64,000 bases of DNA from a bacterium (GCA_028716385.1 JAQUPX010000007.1:17017-81016); one strand, 5' to 3'. Numbered from the stretch's first letter, positions 1 to 9,630 are shown. Made by a program: numbers and translations. Notes: generated from the sequence alone by a model not told the origin.

Positions 1-48
1 TTTGTCTGTGGATTTGTTTCTCCTTACTCAACTCAACTTACTTAACTC

Positions 49-864
49 CTACTTAACAACCTTATTTATCCCTAAGTCACTCAGATAAGAGTTTATACGG
101 TCTTTACGGGGTGGGATTCTGTCAACGAATTCCTCTTTAGTAGCCCCTTTCATAGGCGGCGTACCAACATAGAACTCTATAGAACTACAATCACCTTCGG
201 CCAGCATAAAACCTTTAATCGTGCCCATCATATTTTCCGTTTGACCGGTTTGAGGTATTGTTCCGGCACAAGGAGTAACGCTTAAATAAACGTCATAATA
301 AGTAGTTCCCGGGACATTAAAATAAGATACGGGTATTGTTATTGCATTGGAAGTAGGATAAAATTGTTGCTCCGGGCAACTATTATATCCGGAATCATTA
401 TATGCGTAAGCATAATATCGTACATTATAATACTCCGCCCCTTGTGCGGCTGTCCAGCTAAAATTTACCGGCTCCCCAAGAGGTAAAGTATCTTTAACTT
501 GAGGGGCAGTGATTGCAGTAGATTCCGGCAAAGTAATGCTTCCTATGGAATTGCCGAGATTAGAATTAAGCTCAATTGTGTAGCTTATTGAAGGAGTTGG
601 AAATGTAGTATCCGTAAACACTAAATATCCCCGGGATATTTCTTTCCTAGCAAATACTCTACTGTTTTCACTCCATTTAATTTTTACCTGTGACTTTGCC
701 GTGTCTGCGATTGGGGTAGAAATAAGTATAACCTGTGTATTGTCTGTAGATAAAAAGCTAATGACTACAGCAACAGCATTTGTATCACTTTTATTCCCTT
801 CCGAACTCTTATTTTTGCTTCCGAAGACAGTAGTAACTGCGACAACAAGAAGCACAACTACCAA
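49..864 (-). CDS. hypothetical secreted or membrane-anchored protein
   Basis: 271-aa ORF with a hydrophobic N-terminus (VVLLVVAVTTVF); no recognisable catalytic motif. Confidence 0.45.
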   Translation of the reverse strand: MVVVLLVVAVTTVFGSKNKSSEGNKSDTNAVAVVISFLSTDNTQVILISTPIADTAKSQVKIKWSENSRVFARKEISRGYLVFTDTTFPTPSISYTIELNSNLGNSIGSITLPESTAITAPQVKDTLPLGEPVNFSWTAAQGAEYYNVRYYAYAYNDSGYNSCPEQQFYPTSNAITIPVSYFNVPGTTYYDVYLSVTPCAGTIPQTGQTENMMGTIKGFMLAEGDCSSIEFYVGTPPMKGATKEEFVDRIPPRKDRINSYLSDLGINKVVK

Positions 865-1013
865 AAGTTTAAAGTTTTTATTAATTCTCTCCCCCTCTTT
901 TCTTTGCGTCTTTGCGTGAGAAATTCCGTTCTCTTTTTTTTCTCTTTGTGCCTTTCTCTGTGTTCTTTTATTGGTTTAATCTTTTTTCTTTTTCGTTTTT
1001 TATCTCTGCGTTC

Positions 1014-1044
1014 TCAGCGACTCTGCGGTGAATATTTCTGTTCA
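1014..1044 (-). repeat. triple-CGCAGAG element copy (reverse complement) just downstream of the ABC-F gene
   Basis: Plus strand CTCTGCGTTCTCAGCGACTCTGCGGTGAATATTT; reverse complement AAATATTCACCGCAGAGTCGCTGAGAACGCAGAG. Confidence 0.75.
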
Positions 1045-1097
1045 TTCCAAAATCCAAAATCTAAATTCCGCATTCCAAAATCCAAAATCTAAAATCC

Positions 1098-2987
1098 TCA
1101 CTCTCCCCCTTCCCACTCCGCATACAGCTTCTCAATCTCTTCCTTCAACGCATCATATTCTGTCTTTAACGGCGTTAACTTATACGCATTCGAATATATC
1201 CCCGGTTCCAGAAACAATTTCTCTATCGCGGCTATTCTTTTCTCTTTGACATCCACTACCTTCTCTATGCGGGCTCTTTTCTGCTGTAAACTTTCCGGCT
1301 TTTTCCATTTCTCCGGCTCGGGTTTTGTATTCGTAGGCAACTGCAACCGCCCGTCAACCGCCTTTTTCCCTTTCTTATCCACAATCCCGAACTTCTCCGC
1401 TATGTAATCATTATAATTTCCGATATGCGTTTTTATCACTCCATCCGCTACTTCTATTACTTTATTCGCAATACAATTAATCACTGCCCTGTCGTGTGTA
1501 ACAAGGACAATCGTCCCGTCATATAATCTTAAAGCTTCTTCCAAAACTTCCCTTCCCGTTATGTCGAGGTGGTTTGTCGGTTCGTCCAGTATAAGAAAAT
1601 TGACCGGGCTTATCAATATTTTCGCCATTGCCAATCTTGTTTTCTCGCCGCCAGATAAAACTTTTACAAGCTTAAAAACGTCGTCCCCCGAAAACAAAAA
1701 CGACCCTAAAAAAGTCCGCAGTCTCCCCTCTTGCGCCATCGGAGCTGCCGTTTGAAGTTCCTCGAGTACAGTATTTTTCGGGTTCAACAAGTCAAGAGTC
1801 TTCTGCGCAAAATACCCGATATGCACGTTCGCGCCTATTTTTCTTTCTCCTCCCGTCGGATTAAGCACACCCGCAATAACCTTCGCCATCGTCGTTTTCC
1901 CTGCCCCGTTCACTCCTACGACCGCAATCTTTTCTCCCCTCGTTATCAGAAAATTCAAGTTTTCAAATACTTTCTTCGTGCCGTATGCCAAATTTACTCC
2001 CTTCAATTCCATAACCTTATCCCCTGCGCGGGCAGCCGGGTAAAATACGAATTTGACTTTCTTGGCGCTCGTCGGAACGATAATCTCGTCCATCTTTTCA
2101 AGCATTCTTTCTCGCGACTTCACCAACTTCGCTTTGCTGGCGTTTGCCCTGAACTTATCAATAAACAATTTGATTCTTGCTATCTCTTCTTGTCTTTCTT
2201 CGTAAGCTTTCAAAATCAGCTCTCTTCTTTTTTCCTTTTCTTTAATACATCCCGAGTAATTAGTAGAATAACTATTCAACTGCCCAAACTCAATTTCAAC
2301 GACCTTCTTTACCAACTTGTCCATAAAATACCTGTCGTGTGAAACGCAAATTATGCTTCCGTTAAAGCTTTTCAAATGATTTTCAAGCCATATTATAGAA
2401 TCGAGGTCCAAGAAATTGGTAGGTTCGTCAAGCAGCAGGTAATTTGGATTCTGCAAAATCAATTTGCCAAGAGCAATCCTCATTTCCCATCCGCCGCTGA
2501 AAGTTTCGGTTTGTTTGTCCCAATCTTTTTTATCAAACCCCAATCCGCTGAGAACTTTTTCTACTCTATGTTCCAGCGTATACCCGCCTATTTTATCCAT
2601 TTTCTCTTCTATTTCACCGTACTCCTTGAGCAGTCTTACGGACTCTTCAGAACCGGCTTCAAGTTTGCTGAATTTCGTGGCTATTGCTTCTTTGGTATCA
2701 ATAAGTGTTTGTACCGACTCGAACACGCTCATCATTTCGTTATGAAGTGTTCTACCGGCAAAAGTTATGCTTTCCTGCGGCAAATATCCTACACTGCAGT
2801 CTTTACTTTTAATAATCTCGCCTTCGTCCGGGTTTACGTGTCCTGCGATAATACGCAACAGGGTAGTTTTTCCTGTCCCGTTAGCCCCGATTAACCCGAC
2901 TCTATCCTCGTCTCCGATGTTCCAGGATATGTCCTTAAAGAGTTTCTTTCCTCCAAACTCAACTCCTATACTTTGAAGTGCTATCAT
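1098..2987 (-). CDS. ABC-F family ATPase (Uup/YheS/EttA-like, two ABC domains, no permease)
   Basis: Two Walker A boxes (GANGTGKTTLL, GVNGAGKTT), two LSGGE signature motifs and two Walker B boxes (LLLDEPTNFLD, LILDEPTNHLD); charged coiled-coil C-terminus typical of ABC-F. Confidence 0.9.
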   Translation of the reverse strand: MIALQSIGVEFGGKKLFKDISWNIGDEDRVGLIGANGTGKTTLLRIIAGHVNPDEGEIIKSKDCSVGYLPQESITFAGRTLHNEMMSVFESVQTLIDTKEAIATKFSKLEAGSEESVRLLKEYGEIEEKMDKIGGYTLEHRVEKVLSGLGFDKKDWDKQTETFSGGWEMRIALGKLILQNPNYLLLDEPTNFLDLDSIIWLENHLKSFNGSIICVSHDRYFMDKLVKKVVEIEFGQLNSYSTNYSGCIKEKEKRRELILKAYEERQEEIARIKLFIDKFRANASKAKLVKSRERMLEKMDEIIVPTSAKKVKFVFYPAARAGDKVMELKGVNLAYGTKKVFENLNFLITRGEKIAVVGVNGAGKTTMAKVIAGVLNPTGGERKIGANVHIGYFAQKTLDLLNPKNTVLEELQTAAPMAQEGRLRTFLGSFLFSGDDVFKLVKVLSGGEKTRLAMAKILISPVNFLILDEPTNHLDITGREVLEEALRLYDGTIVLVTHDRAVINCIANKVIEVADGVIKTHIGNYNDYIAEKFGIVDKKGKKAVDGRLQLPTNTKPEPEKWKKPESLQQKRARIEKVVDVKEKRIAAIEKLFLEPGIYSNAYKLTPLKTEYDALKEEIEKLYAEWEGGE

Positions 2988-3136
2988 ATATTATATCAAT
3001 TCGCTTTGTTAACTTAGTTGATATTATATTAAAATGCAAGAAATAATATCATTTTTGTTTTGGAATACCCTAAAACAGAGCGGAACACAAAATCCGTCTT
3101 ATACGGACTACCGAATGATGAAATTCTGCGACGTTC

Positions 3137-4078
3137 TCAATGCAGGCTTTCCGGCCCGGGTTGACTTAAAACATCTTTCATCGTTTTCTCGATTTTCGTT
3201 AAGTAATCCCGGAACATCTCAGCCCTCGTATGCAGAACATATATCCTTTCCCCCTCCTGCCACCATATAATAGGCGCCTTTAACAGCAAATCGCCGGCCG
3301 CCATCTTGTCTGATTCCCTGAATTTATCCAGTCTTGAAATCGATTCTCTTGCCTTTTCTTTTCCTTCAAAAACCCATTCCTCTACGAAAACTTCCGGAAA
3401 ATATTTTTGTGATTCGTAAATCTCGGGAATCGACTTCTTTATATAAACGCTTCTTATCTCTTTTATCCCGGAAAATATACCTTCCAATTCTTTGCCATTC
3501 TTACATAACCAGTGTTCAGTCGGTTCTATACGCCTAAAAATACCGTCCCTTTCCTGAGAATAGAAATCAAGAGATTCCAATAGGATAATTGTTTTTTTTA
3601 AATAATCCGTAGGCTCTTTTAATTGTTCCTGCCGAACTTCTTCCGGGTTTTTAAATTCCACCGTCCTGAGCAAGACACTCTTCTTGTCCGAATCCAGATA
3701 ATATACTTCGTAATCACCCGGTTTAATTCCTTTTAAATATATCCCCTTAGTTTTCGGACTTTTATACTTTCCACCCGGGAGAGTTGCAACCAAATAAAAA
3801 TATATCCTGTTGCCTTTTATCTTATACTTAAATTCTTTGAACACAAGCCCGGAATTCAATTTTTGAGGTTTAACGGTAACTTCTTGCGCCCCTGAAACGT
3901 CACAAAAAATCGGAATAAAATACTGCGCATCATTTCTTTCGGGTTTATCAACTGTTAATCCACCGACCTCTTGAATATCATCCCAATTAAACCTCCGGTC
4001 AAACAATGCTTTACCATCAGATAATTTGCAAAAAAATACCATAAACAAAACAAGTAATATCTTTAAGTTTTTATCCAT
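3137..4078 (-). CDS. hypothetical secreted protein
   Basis: 313-aa ORF with a signal-peptide-like N-terminus (MDKNLKILLVLFMVFFC); no recognisable domain. Confidence 0.45.
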   Translation of the reverse strand: MDKNLKILLVLFMVFFCKLSDGKALFDRRFNWDDIQEVGGLTVDKPERNDAQYFIPIFCDVSGAQEVTVKPQKLNSGLVFKEFKYKIKGNRIYFYLVATLPGGKYKSPKTKGIYLKGIKPGDYEVYYLDSDKKSVLLRTVEFKNPEEVRQEQLKEPTDYLKKTIILLESLDFYSQERDGIFRRIEPTEHWLCKNGKELEGIFSGIKEIRSVYIKKSIPEIYESQKYFPEVFVEEWVFEGKEKARESISRLDKFRESDKMAAGDLLLKAPIIWWQEGERIYVLHTRAEMFRDYLTKIEKTMKDVLSQPGPESLH

Positions 4079-4510
4079 ACTGTTTTTTTATTCCACTCCT
4101 TTTTTTAAACTACCCAAAAAAAGAGCTTTCGGTTTTACAATATATGTTTCAAACTTTCTGTCAAGCAAATAAGAGGTTAGGGAAAATCCTAATTTACCTG
4201 CTGGTAAAAAATCTTTCCGTTTTCTGTGTTAATCTCGTAGTTCCAATTTGTTCCGTTCTCTGTTTTTCGTGCTTTTTTATTTTTTTCGTGCCTGCCTGCC
4301 GATCTTTTTGGCATGGCTTTCGTGGTGAATTCTTTCTGTTATCTGTTTTTCGTGTTTTTTTATCCGTGTCCATCCGTGTCTTTTATCCGTGGCTAAAACT
4401 CTTTCTGTTTTCTGTTACACCTTTGTCAATCCATTTCTGTGTTGTTCCGTATTTGTCTGTGACCAAAATTCTTTCTGTTCTGTTTTTCGTGTCTTTTTTT
4501 CTGTGTTGTT

Positions 4511-4560
4511 CTGTGTCATTCCCTGCCTGCCGGCAGGCAGGTGTGGCTAAATTTTCTTTT
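4511..4560. repeat. palindrome element copy: CCTGCCTGCCGGCAGGCAGG followed by GTGGCTAAATTTTC
   Basis: Perfect 20-bp palindrome at 4522-4541 preceded by TTCTGTGTCATTC; the same composite occurs at 8789, 8986 and 34802, with variants at 8912 and 11822. Confidence 0.85.
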
Positions 4561-4635
4561 GTTGTCGCCTGCCCGTCGGTATTTTTGGCGGGTTTTTCGT
4601 GCTTTCTTACTTTCGTGGCAAGTATTTGTTTTCTG

Positions 4636-6399
4636 TTACACCTTTGTCAATTCCTCCTCCATTAATTGATGCCGATAAAGTTTCCAATACAAACTTTGTT
4701 TGTCTAAAAGCTCGCTGTGCGTCCCCGTTTCCACAACCTTCCCCTTGTCCAATACGTAAACAATATCGCATATACTTAAAGTGCTGAGCCTGTGCGACAC
4801 GATAATTAACGTCATATCTTTCGTATGCATAAATAATTCTTTAATTAATCGCTGCTCCGTTTCCACGTCAAGACTTGAAGTCGCATCATCCAGTATAAGG
4901 ATTTTCGGCGTTCCCACTAATGCCCTGGCAATCGCAACTCTTTGCTTCTCGCCCCCGGAAAGCTTCAAGCCCCATTCTCCTATCTTTTCTTCCAACCCTT
5001 TCGGAAATTCTTTGAATCCCAATTGCGCGATTTCTGCCATCCGCTCGACGGATTCCTTGGACTCTACGTCCCTTCCCAGCACAATATTATTATAAATCGT
5101 ATCGGAAAAAAGATTCAACTCCTGCGGAACATACCCGAATAACGCTCGCAGTTTGTCAAGACTAACTTCTCTAATGTCTACCCCGTTAATCCTGATTTCC
5201 CCTTCGCCCGGATTCGTAATTCGCAATAACGTTTGTATAAGCGTGCTCTTCCCCGAACCCACCGTTCCGGCAATTCCTATCTTTGACCCGGGTGTGATTT
5301 TCATATTTATATCCTGCAAAACATACCCGTCACGACTTAAATCTTTTTCATCCTTCTTATAAGAAAAACTTACGTTAGATATAGTTATATCTTTCCAATC
5401 GGAAATTTCCGCATTTTCGGCAACGAGCTTTTCATCCGTCTTATGTTCACATATTTCGCGGATTCGTTTTGCCCCGCCTTGTGACCTTTTCCCGAGGACA
5501 AAGAAATTACCAATATCCGTCATCGGCCCGATAAGCATTAAAATATAACTATTAAATGCAACGAATTCTCCTAAAGTTAATGCGTGTTTTATAACCAATA
5601 TCCCGCCAACCCATAAAACAATAAGAGTCCCTAACTCGGAAATCCCGCTGTAAAAAACTCCTATTTTTGACTCTACCTTAACCGTCGAAATCGCCCGGAC
5701 TATCCTTTCATCCAGAATCTGTCGCAGCCTCTTTACGCTTTGCTCCTCCATAGTATACGATTTTATAAGTTTTATCCCGGAAAATGACGCCGATAAATGA
5801 TTATGCGTCTCGGAAATCTTTTCCCTCCACTTAAGATATCTTTTATATACCGCAGACCCAAATCGCAGCCATACAAAAACTATACTCGCTACCGGAATAA
5901 ATGACACCATCGTCAAAAAAGGATTAATCTTAATCAAAATTATTAACGCCGTAACGATTACAAAAGTCGCTTCCACAGGTCTGAAAATACCCGAACAGGC
6001 AAACCACGATAAGTCCGTTAAATCCTGGTCAACTCTGGCAATAACGTCCCCCGGCGGAAAACGCTGCGTAGCATTATGGTCTCGCACAAGTAACCTTTTA
6101 AAAACACTGTTTCGCGTTCGCCACGCAAATAACTCGTTGGTTATCCCGCGGAAAAACGGCAAATATGTCGAAACTACCGCTCTTAATGCCCCCAAACACA
6201 AAAGAAGCAATACGTATTTAAGTATCTTTTCGGGCGCAAGATGGGCAGTAATTCCATCAATCAGAAGCTTGAAAATATACGGAAAAGATAGGGAAATACC
6301 TGTCCCTAATGCCGTAAAAAAAATCAGGCAAATAAGCCTAACCTTTCTTTGCTTCCAAAAATCTATAACAAATTGTATCTTAAACATTTTTTGAACCAC
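4636..6399 (-). CDS. ABC exporter, fused permease and ATP-binding subunit (MsbA/heterodimeric multidrug type)
   Basis: N-terminal transmembrane helices, then Walker A GTVGSGKSTL, signature LSGGEKQRVAIARAL and Walker B ILILDDATSSLD. Confidence 0.85.
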   Translation of the reverse strand: MVQKMFKIQFVIDFWKQRKVRLICLIFFTALGTGISLSFPYIFKLLIDGITAHLAPEKILKYVLLLLCLGALRAVVSTYLPFFRGITNELFAWRTRNSVFKRLLVRDHNATQRFPPGDVIARVDQDLTDLSWFACSGIFRPVEATFVIVTALIILIKINPFLTMVSFIPVASIVFVWLRFGSAVYKRYLKWREKISETHNHLSASFSGIKLIKSYTMEEQSVKRLRQILDERIVRAISTVKVESKIGVFYSGISELGTLIVLWVGGILVIKHALTLGEFVAFNSYILMLIGPMTDIGNFFVLGKRSQGGAKRIREICEHKTDEKLVAENAEISDWKDITISNVSFSYKKDEKDLSRDGYVLQDINMKITPGSKIGIAGTVGSGKSTLIQTLLRITNPGEGEIRINGVDIREVSLDKLRALFGYVPQELNLFSDTIYNNIVLGRDVESKESVERMAEIAQLGFKEFPKGLEEKIGEWGLKLSGGEKQRVAIARALVGTPKILILDDATSSLDVETEQRLIKELFMHTKDMTLIIVSHRLSTLSICDIVYVLDKGKVVETGTHSELLDKQSLYWKLYRHQLMEEELTKV

Positions 6400-8194
6400 T
6401 CCCTGCCCCCAAATACTGAAGCTTATGTAATTTATAATAATATCCTTTTTGCCTTAAAAGCTCGATATGCGTCCCCTGCTCAAGAATTGCACCCGAATGA
6501 ATGACTACGATTCTGTCAACTTTACGGGTCGTTATCAACCTGTGCGCAATGATAATCGCCGTTCGGTCTTTCAAAAGTTCCTTCAACCCTTCCTGGATTA
6601 ATCTTTCCGTATGCGGGTCAATCGAAGAAGTCGCTTCGTCAAGAATCAAAATCTCCGGTGCAAATACCAACGCTCTGGCAAAAGATAAAAGCTGCCGCTC
6701 CCCGATGGAAAGGTTTATCCCGCGCTCAAGCAAGTCGGTCTCATAACCTTGAGGAAAATTAAGTATTATGTTATGTATTTGCACCTTTTGAGTCGCAGAT
6801 ATAACTTGCTCCATAGTAATTTTTTCATTGAATAATCTCAGGTTATCAAATACTGACCCCGGGAAAAGTATTACATCCTGCGGCACAAACCCAATCTGGT
6901 GACGCAAAATATGAGTATCAATTTCCGCAAGCTTCCTGTTCCTAAGCAAAATCTCCCCGGATTGCGGAATATAAAACTTTAATAATAAACTTATAATCGA
7001 AGTCTTGCCTCCGCCGGTTTCGCCTACAAATGCAATCTTTTCGCCCTTCTTGATACTCAAAGATATGTCTTTTAAAACCCAATCCCTGCCCTCATACGCA
7101 AAATTTACTTTCTTAAATTCAATAATCGGAGATTCTAACTCCGGCGACGGAAGAAACAACGACTCTTTAACTTCGGGTTCCGTTGGAACATCCATAACCG
7201 TAAAGATTCTTTCGGACGAAGCAAACGCCCGCTGAATTAAATTCAATTGCTCTGATAACCCTCTTACAGGCATAAAAAGCCTTGAAATATAACTGACAAA
7301 AAGCACAAGTGTACCTATGGTAATCCACCCTTTTAACGCCCAGAGCCCTCCTATGCTGAGAACAAGCGCCAACCCCAAAACCTCCCCGAAATCAACGTTA
7401 AACCAGAGTCGGGACCACAGCCTGCTTGTTTCATAATCTTGTTTATATTTTTCGGAACTTAACTTATCCATTCTTGTTGCAAAATAATCCTGTCGGTTGA
7501 ATATTTGCACTACAACCAAATCCTGAAGTGTTTCTTTAATAAAATTATTTATTTCACTGACTACCTTACGGACATTGCGATAAACAGGTCTTATTTTTTT
7601 CTGAAAACGCTGGAACATATAAAAGAAAGGCGGCAGTAAAATAAAAACCGCTAAATATAGCTTAACGTTAAGTATTATCATTACGACTGACATTCCTACA
7701 AGCATCACTAAGTCCTGGGTAAGCCCAACCGCGCTGCCGGTAAATAAACTTTTCAGCACTTCAGTATCGGATTCAACACGGCTTAGAAGTTTGCCTGCCG
7801 GATTCTTATCAAAAAATGACATTGGTAGTTTCAGAATATGTTTATAAAGATTTTCTTTTAATAGCATTACCGTTTTTTCACCAACCGTCGCAAGTGATAT
7901 ATTCATAAAATATCCGATAACGACAATCATAGCTTGCAGAATTAAATAAATTAAGGATGTGCGAACCAACCCCGGGATATTACTTGTTTTGATATCTACG
8001 TCAATTGCCTGCCTTAGTAAAAGAGGCCCGAACAGTGTTAAGACACTGCAAAACAACAAAAGTAAAGTAGCCGTAATAACCTGTATACGGTACTTAGCAA
8101 AATATGGCAGAAGCCCGCCAAGTAGCTTTTTAAGCGACCCCTGGTTTTGCGCTTCGTCCTCTTCCGAGGAAAATAAGTCTTCGTCGTCCCACAT
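6380..8194 (-). CDS. ABC exporter, fused permease and ATP-binding subunit (partner of the adjacent gene)
   Basis: Transmembrane N-terminus, Walker A GETGGGKTSIISLL, signature LSIGERQLLSFARAL, Walker B ILILDEATSSID; overlaps the downstream gene by 20 bp (operon). Confidence 0.85.
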   Translation of the reverse strand: MWDDEDLFSSEEDEAQNQGSLKKLLGGLLPYFAKYRIQVITATLLLLFCSVLTLFGPLLLRQAIDVDIKTSNIPGLVRTSLIYLILQAMIVVIGYFMNISLATVGEKTVMLLKENLYKHILKLPMSFFDKNPAGKLLSRVESDTEVLKSLFTGSAVGLTQDLVMLVGMSVVMIILNVKLYLAVFILLPPFFYMFQRFQKKIRPVYRNVRKVVSEINNFIKETLQDLVVVQIFNRQDYFATRMDKLSSEKYKQDYETSRLWSRLWFNVDFGEVLGLALVLSIGGLWALKGWITIGTLVLFVSYISRLFMPVRGLSEQLNLIQRAFASSERIFTVMDVPTEPEVKESLFLPSPELESPIIEFKKVNFAYEGRDWVLKDISLSIKKGEKIAFVGETGGGKTSIISLLLKFYIPQSGEILLRNRKLAEIDTHILRHQIGFVPQDVILFPGSVFDNLRLFNEKITMEQVISATQKVQIHNIILNFPQGYETDLLERGINLSIGERQLLSFARALVFAPEILILDEATSSIDPHTERLIQEGLKELLKDRTAIIIAHRLITTRKVDRIVVIHSGAILEQGTHIELLRQKGYYYKLHKLQYLGAGSGSKNV

Positions 8195-8429
8195 AGTTTT
8201 AATCCTTCTTTACTTTTGTTTTTTCTCTTAACCATCCACACTTTCTATACTTTTTACTTCCTGTTGTCTGATTTCCTGCTTACTGATTTTCTGATCTTCT
8301 GATATGCTCTTTATTTATTCCTCTCCAAGCCTTCCCGCCGCAGGAGGGTCTCCGTATCTCCCTATCTCCGCATCTATTTTCTTTCCGTTCTCTGTGGTTA
8401 ATCTTTTTGTTCGCCGTTAGCATTTTGGC

Positions 8430-8471
8430 AAAAAAAAAGCCACCCTGCACTCCTGAAGAGTGCCGGATGGC
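8430..8471 (-). terminator. intrinsic terminator on the minus strand (13-bp imperfect hairpin followed by 9 U)
   Basis: Plus strand shows A9 (8430-8438), then GCCACCCTGCACT, loop CCTGAAG, then AGTGCCGGATGGC; read on the minus strand this is a hairpin followed by a T9 tract. Confidence 0.5.
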
Positions 8472-8780
8472 TCATAGAAATCAATTAACGTCTATTTACC
8501 CATATACACTCTCCCTCACAGGAAGTTTATATTTTCTCATAGTTTATTTTTCCATTTCTTTTTACAAAATATTTATTAGGGTGTTACATTATTCATTCCC
8601 AATATTTTGTCAAGAAATAATTTACAAACCCTTGCTTTTTTTCGTGTGTTTTATATTTTCATATTTGGTCCGCCTCAGGCGGACTAAATTTTTCTGTTCT
8701 GTTTTTCTGTATTGTTCCGTATTTGTCTGTGACAAAAACAAAAACTCTTTCCGTTATTCTCTTTTTTCTGTGTTGTTCAG

Positions 8781-8880
8781 TGTCATTCCCTGCCTGCCGG
8801 CAGGCAGGTGTGGCTAAAATCTCTTTTTTCCGTTTAGTATATTTTCGTGCCTTCGTGCTTTCGTGGCAAGCTTTTGTTTT
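8781..8880. repeat. palindrome element copy, part of a ~80-bp segmental duplicate of 8981-9062
   Basis: CATTCCCTGCCTGCCGGCAGGCAGGTGTGGCTAAAATCTCTT…TTTCGTGCCTTCGTGCTTTCGTGGCA is near-identical to 8981-9062. Confidence 0.85.
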
Positions 8881-8904
8881 TCTGTTATCCGTGCTCATCC
8901 GTGT

Positions 8905-8945
8905 CAGTTATCCCTGCCTACCGGCAGGCAGGCGTGGCTATAATT
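8905..8945. repeat. palindrome element variant (CCTGCCTACCGGCAGGCAGG followed by GCGTGGCTAT)
   Basis: One mismatch relative to the perfect palindrome; the same variant occurs at 11822-11841. Confidence 0.8.
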
Positions 8946-8980
8946 CTTTCCGTTCTACGTTTTCTGTGTTGTTCTGTGAC

Positions 8981-9062
8981 ATTCCCTGCCTGCCGGCAGG
9001 CAGGTGTGGCTAAAATCTCTTCTTTCCGTTTAGTGTAATTTCGTGCCTTCGTGCTTTCGTGG
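8981..9062. repeat. palindrome element copy, duplicate of 8781-8880
   Basis: See 8781-8880. Confidence 0.85.
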
Positions 9063-9081
9063 CATAGGCATATTACTTTTT

Positions 9082-9110
9082 TTCAAAAAACTATTGACAA
9101 ACATATAATA
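9082..9110 (+). promoter_or_regulatory. putative sigma70-type promoter (TTCAAA, 17-bp spacer, TATAAT) for the thioredoxin-like gene
   Basis: TATAAT at 9105-9110 with TTCAAA 17 bp upstream; a TTGACA hexamer at 9095-9100 is an alternative -35. Confidence 0.35.
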
Positions 9111-9131
9111 TTGATACATAGACATTATACT

Positions 9132-9626
9132 ATGTGGTGGATATTAAGCGCTCTTATCTGTGCGGAAGCTCCTAACTTTAGTATACCCTCTATTGAGGGC
9201 AAAACCGTCGTATTGGACTCCCTTGTGCAAAACGGATACGTCGTTGTAGATTTCTGGGGCACATGGTGCAAACCTTGCATAAAGAGCCTTGACACTTTCA
9301 ATAAGATGTGTGATGAGTTCAAAAAAGTAACTTTCCTCGGTATAAACGAAAATCCTGCTTACAGCCGGAACGAAGTGAAATCAGTAGTAAAACTCCATAA
9401 ATGGAAGTTTCTAATTCTGTGCGACGAAAACAAAAAAGTAACGGAAGCTTTACAGGTTAAAGCAATACCACACGCATTCATAATCGGCCCCGGCAGAAAA
9501 ATCGTTTATGACCACGTAGGATATAAAAAAGGAGACGAACAACTAATCCGTAAAAAATTAATTGAATTATTAAAGTCCTGTCCTATAGATAGCGCTGTCA
9601 CTCCGACATCTTCAGAAACAAAATAA
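9132..9626 (+). CDS. TlpA/ResA-like thiol-disulfide oxidoreductase (thioredoxin fold)
   Basis: WCKPC active-site motif in the context VVVDFWGTWCKPC; the ORF track starts at GTG 9051 inside the repeat region, and ATG 9132 (MWWILSALI, signal-like) is the more plausible start. Confidence 0.75.
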   Translation: MWWILSALICAEAPNFSIPSIEGKTVVLDSLVQNGYVVVDFWGTWCKPCIKSLDTFNKMCDEFKKVTFLGINENPAYSRNEVKSVVKLHKWKFLILCDENKKVTEALQVKAIPHAFIIGPGRKIVYDHVGYKKGDEQLIRKKLIELLKSCPIDSAVTPTSSETK

Positions 9627-9630
9627 TACC

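Noticed and set aside
1561-2976. Antisense ORFs inside the ABC-F gene (1561-1755, 1731-2342, 2376-2894, 2464-2745, 2767-2976), and analogous ones inside ftsZ, pilT, murC, ftsI, rsmH and other genes
   Set aside because: They are embedded antisense to well-supported conserved genes, have no motifs, and show the biased composition typical of shadow ORFs.
8407-9038. ORFs 8407-8817(+), 8659-8898(-), 8723-9013(+), 8847-9038(+), and similar 4144-4665(+), 17042-17398(+), 17158-17385(-)
   Set aside because: They lie entirely within repeat and low-complexity intergenic DNA, overlap one another in several frames, and translate to Cys/Phe/Leu-rich peptides from the repeat words.
4079-9062. Possible CRISPR array in the repeat-rich spacers (4079-4635, 8195-9062, 11068-12016)
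   Set aside because: Repeats are not uniformly sized or regularly spaced with unique spacers; several different repeat families are interleaved; no cas genes in the window.
9051-9131. GTG start at 9051 for the thioredoxin-like gene
   Set aside because: The upstream 27 codons are encoded by the palindrome and repeat element, and a TTGACA/TATAAT promoter-like region sits inside them; ATG 9132 followed by a signal-like sequence is more plausible.
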